Shown piece by piece: positions 57,650-64,000 of a DNA stretch of 64,000 nt (its first letter is position 1; each line of letters opens with the position of its first letter). Where the stretch lies: assembly GCA_903849645.1 (NCBI GenBank), contig CAINJJ010000034.1, positions 164,491 through 228,490 on the forward strand, given 5' to 3'. The notes under the pieces were generated by a model. That model ran no database searches. It saw only the letters and a program-made list of their open reading frames with translations, and was not told where the DNA came from. This stretch comes from an uncultured Acidobacteriaceae bacterium. GTDB taxonomy: Bacteria; Acidobacteriota; Terriglobia; Terriglobales; Acidobacteriaceae. The position numbers were made by a program, and so were the translations under genes.

Positions 57650-58114
57650 CTACTTGCAGGTCACAGGAATGATCCTGCCGAATGAGCCAACCACGGAGCG
57701 GAACTGCCCGACCGTGTTGCCAGGCCCCGGTCGAAACCCCTTCAGGGAGAGACCGTCGTTGACTCCATACGAGCCCGGCTTGGTGATGGTGATCGTATCC
57801 TTCAGCTCGAAGGAGGTACTACTCGGCGAAATCTGACCTTTCACATCGTTCGGATCGTTCGGCACGATCCTCGCTGGTGGGGCCGTGGGATCCTGCACCC
57901 AGTGGTGCCAGGTGTATTCCAGCTTGTTCACGCCGCCTGGCACACTGGCATCGAAGCGCGCCGTGAATTCGATACTGACCGGGCAGGCGCCCGAGTAGGA
58001 CTCCTTGCTTGCCGTGATCTTGACATTGGAGACGGCGATGCGTTCCTGAGCCATCAGCGAATGCGCAGCCGGGAAGAACAGCGCGAAGGCGAGGATCTTT
58101 ACAGCTAGTTTCAT
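57650..58114 (-). CDS. Small secreted protein, two Cys, beta-rich, function unknown
   Basis: Signal peptide MKLAVKILAFALFFPAAHSLMAQE. The 130-aa mature part has Cys in GACPV and in the C-terminal VTCK. No family recognised. Confidence 0.6.
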   Translation of the reverse strand: MKLAVKILAFALFFPAAHSLMAQERIAVSNVKITASKESYSGACPVSIEFTARFDASVPGGVNKLEYTWHHWVQDPTAPPARIVPNDPNDVKGQISPSSTSFELKDTITITKPGSYGVNDGLSLKGFRPGPGNTVGQFRSVVGSFGRIIPVTCK

Positions 58115-58199
58115 AGGGCACTCTCCTATCCCGCATTTTAGCTTCAGACCAGACAGAATGCGTCCGGCCGGCGCCCCTTCGCAGCACCTTGAAATATTG

Positions 58200-59066
58200 T
58201 CATTTGGTTAATTCCGGCGACCCCCCCGCCCCATCTGGCGGCGGAAGCTCCGCCGTCGCGGTGTGGGCGCCCTCCTTCGGTCCGGCGAGAACCGGAACAG
58301 CGACCAGCGTGTCTTCCGCGCTCGGCTTCAATTGCCGCCCAAACAGCACCGCCGCCCAGGCCAGCAGCAGCACCCACGCGCCGACTGCCAGCAGATAGGT
58401 GGCGGCCAGCTTGAGGCCCACGGCCCATACCTGCGCGGTGACGGCTCCGTGCGGGTCCCCGGCAAAGAGCCTGCCCGGCAGCCATACGGCCATGAACGAA
58501 GCCAGCGCCATGGCCGGCCACCAGCGCCAGTTCCACACAATCCGGATGACCCGGCCCCAGGGAATCCGCCAGCCACCCTGCGCCGAAGCCACCGCGTAGG
58601 GAATGATCTTGCCCGGGACGACAACCCAGCGAAGCACCCACTCGACGCAGGTGAGCCAGCGCTGCAGGTGGTCAAAGGTGAGCAGGCGCGCGCGCCAGGC
58701 GACCGGGGCCTTGGAGTTGAGGTAGCCGGCCCAGAGATAGATGCGGTCGTCGCACCAGTCGAGCAGCACCCAGCAGAGGATGCCCAGGGCCAGCCACACC
58801 AGCAGCGCAACCGCGCCCCAGACCAGCTTGACGCGGCGTCCGTCGTCGGCGGCGAACCGGCGCATGGCGCCGGCCTGCAACTCCAGCGCGGAGATGCCGA
58901 GCAGGATGGGGAGGAGGAGGGAGAGCGCCACCTGCCAGATGTGCTTCTCGGGCAGGCGCGTCCACAGGAGGCCGACCAGGATGAGCACGGGGGTCAAGGC
59001 AAACTGGAGAATCACCCAGACGCGGGCAAGGCGCAGACGGCGGAAGAGGTCCTGGAAGTAGGTCAT
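58200..59066 (-). CDS. Trp-rich polytopic membrane protein, function unknown
   Basis: ATG 59066 (MTYFQDLFRRLRLARVWVIL...). About 5 TM helices and many W residues (IVWNWRWWPAM). The upstream part of the track ORF (to 59849) overlaps the A2M gene 3' end and is P/R/A-rich, so it is probably not coding. Confidence 0.6.
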   Translation of the reverse strand: MTYFQDLFRRLRLARVWVILQFALTPVLILVGLLWTRLPEKHIWQVALSLLLPILLGISALELQAGAMRRFAADDGRRVKLVWGAVALLVWLALGILCWVLLDWCDDRIYLWAGYLNSKAPVAWRARLLTFDHLQRWLTCVEWVLRWVVVPGKIIPYAVASAQGGWRIPWGRVIRIVWNWRWWPAMALASFMAVWLPGRLFAGDPHGAVTAQVWAVGLKLAATYLLAVGAWVLLLAWAAVLFGRQLKPSAEDTLVAVPVLAGPKEGAHTATAELPPPDGAGGSPELTK

Positions 59067-59128
59067 GGCTGAGCCTCGATGGAGAAGAGTGCAGATTGCC
59101 GTTTGAGGGGCGGCATTGAGATTCGTGC

Positions 59129-59157
59129 TTTCCCAGGTCCCAGAATCGGGACCTGGG
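59129..59157. repeat. REP-like hairpin, second copy of the 42.1-kb family
   Basis: (TTT)CCCAGGTCCC-agaatc-GGGACCTGGG forms a 10-bp stem. It lies in the 121-nt spacer between the A2M gene and the Trp-rich membrane protein gene. Confidence 0.65.
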
Positions 59158-59187
59158 GCACCCGGAGTTGTGGATGGCTGAGGGGCC

Positions 59188-62100
59188 TCACGGCTGCACC
59201 TCCAGGGTGGCGGGATCGGTGGTGGCCTGCACGTTCGGCTGGTACATGGGTCCTGCCTGCGCCGGGCTGATGACGAATTTGCCCGCGTTGACCACCTTGA
59301 GCAGGTAGACGTACTCGCGGCGGCCGCCGAACTCGGTGTTGAAGAAGGCGGCCCGGTCGTCGTGGAACTCCTTGCGGGTGTACCAGTCGGCCCACCAGGA
59401 GGGCTTGTTGTTGAGGGTGTAGAGGCTGGAGTTGGCCAGGAACTCCGTGCCCGCGGGGATGGGGTCCTCGGCCAGCAGGTACTTCCATTCGCTGCCGTTG
59501 ACGGCCAGCCTGACGGCGACGATGTCGCCCACGTGGACTGCGCCCTTGAGCGGGGCGAGGTCGTAGGTGATGGCGTCGGTGGGCTTGTCCTGCCGCTTCT
59601 GGAGCAGGTAGTAGTCGCGGGTGAGGTTGAGGGCCAGCTTCTCCTGCTGGAAGGCGCCGCGGTCGGAGGAGTACCAGTTGCTCTCCGCCGACCAGTAGGT
59701 GAGGCCGTCGCCGGACTTGCGGATGGTGACCTGGCCGCCCGCGCCCGCCTGCGCCGCCGGAAGCAGGATGCGCCAGGGCGCCGCGAAGCCGTCGCCGGGG
59801 CCAAAGTGGCGCTTGCCCACGCTGGCGCCGTTGACCAGCACCTCCACATCGGAGCTGTTCGCCAGCTCGCCGCTGAGGCTCAGGTAGTCGGTGAGCCCGC
59901 CGATGACCATGGCCGTCTGCTTGGTGCTCTCCCAGTAGCCGCCGCTGCGATGGCCGGCGAGCCAGCGCGCCGCCTTCGACAGGATGGGGCTGCCGGGCGA
60001 CTCGCGCGCCAGCAGCTTGAGCGCCAAGGCCGTGGTCTCACTGGAGGTGTCGGCCCAGTACTCCATCAGGCCGTCATAGGAGCCGGACCAGGAGGCCTCG
60101 GCGTCGGTGACCTTGGCCTTGTTTTCGAGCAGAGCGGCGGCTTGCTTTGCGCGGCTGTCGCCCGCGGCATGGAGCGCGAGGCCGGCCAGGGCCAGCCCCT
60201 CGTCGCTGAGCTTGTCGCGGCTTGCCCATACCTTTTCGAGAGCATCCTTGGGCGCGCCGCCGGTGGTTGCCAGGGCGTAGACAACGTAGGCGCGGAGGTC
60301 GGGGATCATGTCGGGGTGGGCGGCGAGCGTGGACTGGAGCCAGGCGCGGCCCTTGTCCACGGAGTCGTCGTCGATCTTGTAGCCGCCGGTCCTGGCCTGG
60401 GCCAGGCCGCTGACCACGTAGGCGGTCATGAAGACCCGGCTGGGGTCGTCCTGCCACCAGCCCCAGCCGCCGTCGTCGTGCTGGAAGCCCTTGAGGCGGG
60501 CGATGCCCGCGTTGACCATGTTGTTGAGCTCGGCGCGGTCGATGGGCGACTTGAGGTGCAACTGCTCAATCGCCTGGGCCACGATGAGGTCAGGCAGGAA
60601 GCTGGACATGGTCTGCTCGGTGCAGCCCCAGGGGTAGCTGGTGAGATAGTCGAGCGCGTCAAAGACCGTCCCGGCCACGGACGGCGCAACGGCGATGGTG
60701 AGCCCGCGGGTGCCCGCATCCGAGCCGGGCGGGTAGGTGTAGGACCACTGGTTCTGGCCGGAGCCGGAGAAGACCACCCCCGAGCCGGCGGCGCGCTGCT
60801 TGACGCCAAAGGCCAGCACGGGCAGCGTCATCTCGAGGGCGTCGGACTCTTCATTGGTCAGCGCCTTGGCCGTCAGGACGGCGTTGCCGGTGGCGTGGGC
60901 CTTGACGCGCCAGTCCACGTAGCTCTCGCCCTTGGCGGGGATGGTGACCTTCTGCTGCTGGCCGCCCACCACCTCAAGCCCGGCCACGTCGAGGGCGAAG
61001 GTGACGTCCTTGGCCGACTCCAGGTAGTTGTGGGCGATCACGCGCAGGGTCACCTCGTCGCCCTGGCGGAAGAAGCGTGGCGCGGCCAGGCGCACGATGA
61101 GGTTCTTGCGGACCAGGACGCGGGTGACGGCTCCGCCCGCCTTGCCGTCGTCGGTCATGGCGCGGATGGTGGTGCGCCAGGTGGTGAGGGCGTCGGGGAA
61201 GGTGAATTCCACCCTGGCGTGGCCGTCAGAGCCGGTGTGGACGCTGGGGTTCCAGTAAGCGGTGTCAGGGAAGGCCTTGCGCACCTTGGGCACCACTAGG
61301 TCTGAGCCGGGCTTGACCTGTGCCATGCGGGGATGGAAGATGCCCGTGTTGGCCTGCGCCAGCAGCGGGCTTTTCGTGCCGGCCTCGCCGGAGAAGTAGA
61401 AGCTGAACGAGCTCTGCGGGTCGAGATAGAGGTACCGCTTGGGGTAGAAGCGGGCCACGATGTCGCCGCTGTCGTCGGGACGGACGGAGTAGAGCGCCTC
61501 ATCGACCACGCCGAAGCTCAGGTCGGCCTCCACCGGTTTGTTATGGGAGTCAAGCGTCAGGACGTCATAGCTGCCCTTTTCGCCGGGCAGGTACCGTGGC
61601 TTGTTGGGGGTGGCGGTGACGGTGAGGGTGCGCTCGACGGTGGGCGCCTTGAGGGACTTCTGCGCGGTCAGGACCTGGTCTTCGTGGACCAGCACGGCGG
61701 CAATCTGCAGGTTGGGCTGGGCGCTGATGGTGATGGGCACGTCAAAGGCGACGGTCTCGCCGGTGGCGTGGACCAGCTTCTTCCACTGCACGGTCTCGCC
61801 CTCGGCAGTCACCACGGCCCAGGACTCCTTGAGGCCGGTGACGAGCAGAAGGTGCGCCGTGTCGCCCACCTGGTAGGACTTCTTGTCGGCGATGATCTGG
61901 GCCTGAACGTTGGGGCGGGACCACTCCCCGGCGTTGCTCCAGATCCAAACCCAGGCATGGTCCTCCACGGTGCGTTTTTCGGGCGTGTCGGCAGTGGCCT
62001 TGACCTCAAAGCTGCCGGAGGCGGTGCCGGAGAGGGGCAGGTCCACCAGAGCCGTGCCGTCGGCGCCGGTTGCGGCGTCGCGGCTGGCCACGGGGGTCTC

Positions 62101-63885
62101 CGAGCGCTGGCGGGTGACGGAGTCCCATTTATCGAGGGCCGCGGCAAGGTGCACCGCCGTTTGCACCGGCTTGCCGTCGTAGTCCTGGGCGGTGACCTTG
62201 ACGCGGGGGGTCTGGCCGGGGGAGAAGACGTAGCTGGCGGGCTCCACGGTGAGGCGGAAGGACCCGTAGGTGGCCAGGACCGTGGCGTGGCCGCTGACCT
62301 CGCGGTTGGCGGCGTCGGTCACGCGGGCCTCGATGCGGTAGTCCTGGTCCTCATGCTTGCCGTCGATGGCGACAGGCACGGAGACGGCGAGGCGGCCGTT
62401 GGCGTCGAGCACGCCCTCGTGCTCCTGCTGCTCGGTCTCGCCGTAGCTGTAGTCGCTCTCATCGCCGCTGTTGTCGGCCGAGTCTTCGCCGTCGCCGCCG
62501 CTCTCTTCGTAGCTCTCGTCCCACCAGGAGTGGGTGGAGGTGTGGACGACGTATTTGACTTTGGCTCCGGCCACGGGCTCGCCGAAGAAGTAGCGGGCCT
62601 CGATGACCGCTTGAACGGAGTTGCCCTGGAGGACGCGCTGGACGGCGGGTTTGACTGTCACCTGGTACTCGGGCTTCTTGTACTCCTCGACGTAGAAGCT
62701 GCCGGCGCCGGCGTTCTTGCCGTCCTTGAGGATCTCCACGGAGTAGTAGCCCAGCGCCGCGTCAGAGGGGAGGGTCAGGTCGCTGGTCACGGTTCCGTGC
62801 GCGGAGACGGATTCGTCCTTGTCGAGCAACTGCTTGCCGTCGGCGTCGGTCACGCGGAGGTGGAGGGTATTTTCGCCGGGCAGATCAATCGTGTCGTTCT
62901 GCTGGCGCCGGACCACCGCCTTGATGTGGACGGTGTGGCCGGGGCGGTAGACGGGCCGGTCGGTGTAGATGAACGAGGTGAGGTCGGTGGAGCGGTCGGG
63001 GCCGAAGGCATAGCCATAGGGGGTGATGAGAGCCGCGTCGTCGCCATGCCGGGCCAGGATCCAGAGGTTTTCCGGCTCGCCGCCGGTCTGCACGCGGGTG
63101 GAGGTGAGGGCCAGCGTGGCCATGCCGTCCTCGCCTGTCTGGCCGGAGGATTCCAGATGCCCGCCGGTCCACAGGGAGACGTCGCTTTTCGCCATGGGCG
63201 CGCCCGTCTTGCGGTCCGCCACATAGAGCGAGGCGTGGCCGTTGTCGGCTCGTTCCACCAGGGCGATGCTGGTGACGATGGCCAGCGTGTAGGCCTTGTA
63301 TGTGCCCTCGGTGGCCTCGATAAGGTAGATGCCGGAGCCCAGGCCGTCGATGGGCAACTGCTGCGTTTCGCTCACGATTGTGGGCGGTGTCTCAAGCTTC
63401 CAGCGGGCCACGAGCTGGCTCTCGTTGAGCAGGGGGATGCGGGCGAACTCGGTGGCGCCCACCACTTTGCTGCGCTTGCCAAGCTTGCCCTGGCCCTCGC
63501 GGAAGCTGTCGCGGGCCTCGTCGGTGAACTGGCTGCGGAAGAAGTGGCGAACCCTCCACCACAGCTCGGCCTTGAAGTCATGCAGGCGCTCGATCCAGGT
63601 GCGCTCGTCGATCTTTTCCTCGGGGGACTCGCTCTTCATGCCGAAGCTGTGCAGGTCCTTGAGGTTGGCGAAGAACTTCTGGGCGTCGCGGATCTTGTAG
63701 ACGCGGAACTCGAGGGCGGGGACGTTTTTGGCGTAGAGCTGGATCTTGACGCTCTCGCCGGGCGCAAAGGTGCGGGAGGTGGAAAGGGAGAAGGAGCGCG
63801 GCGCGTCCTTGGCGGCGGCGGGCAGGGCGTAGAGCAGAGCGAAGACAAGGACGGTAAGAGCTGGAAGGGGCTTGAGAAGCCTCAT
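59188..63885 (-). CDS. Alpha-2-macroglobulin family protein with intact thioester motif
   Basis: About 1565 aa. Signal peptide [27 protein letters not shown] with no lipobox Cys. Thioester site [13 protein letters not shown] (CTEQ encoded at 60613-60624). MG-domain-like repeats and an alpha-helical TED region. ATG 63885 has GAGG 6 nt upstream and forms an ATGA overlap with an upstream ORF. Confidence 0.92.
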   Translation of the reverse strand: MRLLKPLPALTVLVFALLYALPAAAKDAPRSFSLSTSRTFAPGESVKIQLYAKNVPALEFRVYKIRDAQKFFANLKDLHSFGMKSESPEEKIDERTWIERLHDFKAELWWRVRHFFRSQFTDEARDSFREGQGKLGKRSKVVGATEFARIPLLNESQLVARWKLETPPTIVSETQQLPIDGLGSGIYLIEATEGTYKAYTLAIVTSIALVERADNGHASLYVADRKTGAPMAKSDVSLWTGGHLESSGQTGEDGMATLALTSTRVQTGGEPENLWILARHGDDAALITPYGYAFGPDRSTDLTSFIYTDRPVYRPGHTVHIKAVVRRQQNDTIDLPGENTLHLRVTDADGKQLLDKDESVSAHGTVTSDLTLPSDAALGYYSVEILKDGKNAGAGSFYVEEYKKPEYQVTVKPAVQRVLQGNSVQAVIEARYFFGEPVAGAKVKYVVHTSTHSWWDESYEESGGDGEDSADNSGDESDYSYGETEQQEHEGVLDANGRLAVSVPVAIDGKHEDQDYRIEARVTDAANREVSGHATVLATYGSFRLTVEPASYVFSPGQTPRVKVTAQDYDGKPVQTAVHLAAALDKWDSVTRQRSETPVASRDAATGADGTALVDLPLSGTASGSFEVKATADTPEKRTVEDHAWVWIWSNAGEWSRPNVQAQIIADKKSYQVGDTAHLLLVTGLKESWAVVTAEGETVQWKKLVHATGETVAFDVPITISAQPNLQIAAVLVHEDQVLTAQKSLKAPTVERTLTVTATPNKPRYLPGEKGSYDVLTLDSHNKPVEADLSFGVVDEALYSVRPDDSGDIVARFYPKRYLYLDPQSSFSFYFSGEAGTKSPLLAQANTGIFHPRMAQVKPGSDLVVPKVRKAFPDTAYWNPSVHTGSDGHARVEFTFPDALTTWRTTIRAMTDDGKAGGAVTRVLVRKNLIVRLAAPRFFRQGDEVTLRVIAHNYLESAKDVTFALDVAGLEVVGGQQQKVTIPAKGESYVDWRVKAHATGNAVLTAKALTNEESDALEMTLPVLAFGVKQRAAGSGVVFSGSGQNQWSYTYPPGSDAGTRGLTIAVAPSVAGTVFDALDYLTSYPWGCTEQTMSSFLPDLIVAQAIEQLHLKSPIDRAELNNMVNAGIARLKGFQHDDGGWGWWQDDPSRVFMTAYVVSGLAQARTGGYKIDDDSVDKGRAWLQSTLAAHPDMIPDLRAYVVYALATTGGAPKDALEKVWASRDKLSDEGLALAGLALHAAGDSRAKQAAALLENKAKVTDAEASWSGSYDGLMEYWADTSSETTALALKLLARESPGSPILSKAARWLAGHRSGGYWESTKQTAMVIGGLTDYLSLSGELANSSDVEVLVNGASVGKRHFGPGDGFAAPWRILLPAAQAGAGGQVTIRKSGDGLTYWSAESNWYSSDRGAFQQEKLALNLTRDYYLLQKRQDKPTDAITYDLAPLKGAVHVGDIVAVRLAVNGSEWKYLLAEDPIPAGTEFLANSSLYTLNNKPSWWADWYTRKEFHDDRAAFFNTEFGGRREYVYLLKVVNAGKFVISPAQAGPMYQPNVQATTDPATLEVQP

Positions 63886-64000
63886 AAAGTGCCTCGCAGA
63901 ATATTCCATCGGTAGACGCCAAGAAAGTTTGGGTTTTGAGGGAGGGGCCGCCACTGGGGGTGGGGGTGGTCCAGCAGTTCGGCGAGGGCCACGCGGCGCA
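63882..64000 (-). CDS. 3' end of an unidentified upstream gene (partial, runs off the right edge)
   Basis: Hand-read minus-strand frame ...[38 protein letters not shown]. The first roughly 19 codons are GC3-rich. The stop TGA (63884-63882) overlaps the A2M ATG as ATGA. Identity unknown. Confidence 0.3.
   Translation of the reverse strand, partial: RRVALAELLDHPHPQWRPLPQNPNFLGVYRWNILRGTL

Noticed and set aside
59067-59849. N-terminal extension of track ORF 58200..59849 (549 aa)
   Set aside because: The extension is P/R/A/S/T-rich and overlaps the 3' end of the A2M gene in another frame. It also runs through the REP-like hairpin. The hydrophobic protein begins cleanly at ATG 59066.
59362-63915. 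Two long plus-strand ORFs (645 aa and 860 aa) antisense to the A2M gene
   Set aside because: The translations are low-complexity and G/A/V/L/D-rich with no recognisable domains. The minus-strand A2M has a signal peptide, a thioester motif and a full-length domain pattern.

Overview
This is a 64-kb, high-G+C bacterial chromosomal segment. The gene content looks Acidobacteria-like: two CarboxypepD_reg/TonB-type outer-membrane proteins of about 1050-1200 aa, YVTN/YncE beta-propellers, DinB, and GC-rich REP-like hairpins. That taxon call is inference only. I call about 50 protein-coding genes. I recognise no rRNA, tRNA, CRISPR array, transposase or integrase.

Layout:
- 0.35-1.7 kb: a membrane 4Fe-4S/FAD oxidoreductase.
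- 1.7-17.4 kb: one uninterrupted minus-strand polysaccharide supercluster. In transcription order it holds HAD-UbiA fusion, GT9, hldD, gmhA, hldE, then Wzc, Wza, Wzy-like, GT4, Wzx, GT4.
- 17.7-27.1 kb: secreted and outer-membrane proteins, namely a YncE-phosphoesterase fusion, a TonB-type OMP, a YtxH plus DUF948-like pair, and a YVTN propeller.
- 27-48 kb: housekeeping genes (mnmA, cysteine desulfurase, DinB, pyrG, kdsA, S9 peptidase, purA, dnaG, rpoD). Small accessory islets interrupt them: two VapBC pairs plus an HhH/OGG-fold-like gene between pyrG and kdsA, and a low-GC hicAB islet after kdsA.
- 48.0-49.3 kb: a decayed spacer with REP-like repeats and an OmpA-domain remnant, followed by an orphan T4-gp19/eCIS-type tail-tube gene.
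- 49.5-57.2 kb: a co-directional block of DUF3179, MFS, AhpD-like, 2x[4Fe-4S] protein and TonB-type OMP.
- 57.6-63.9 kb: a thioester (CTEQ) alpha-2-macroglobulin followed by two uncharacterised envelope proteins.

Best candidates for something new:
- the A2M three-gene module;
- the orphan tail-tube gene;
- the pyrG-kdsA TA/OGG-like islet;
- the HAD-UbiA fusion in a heptose locus that lacks gmhB;
- a possible small RNA or attenuator in the dnaG-rpoD spacer.

I see no decisive evidence for a wholly new system. All functional calls rest on motif recognition by eye, not on database searches.
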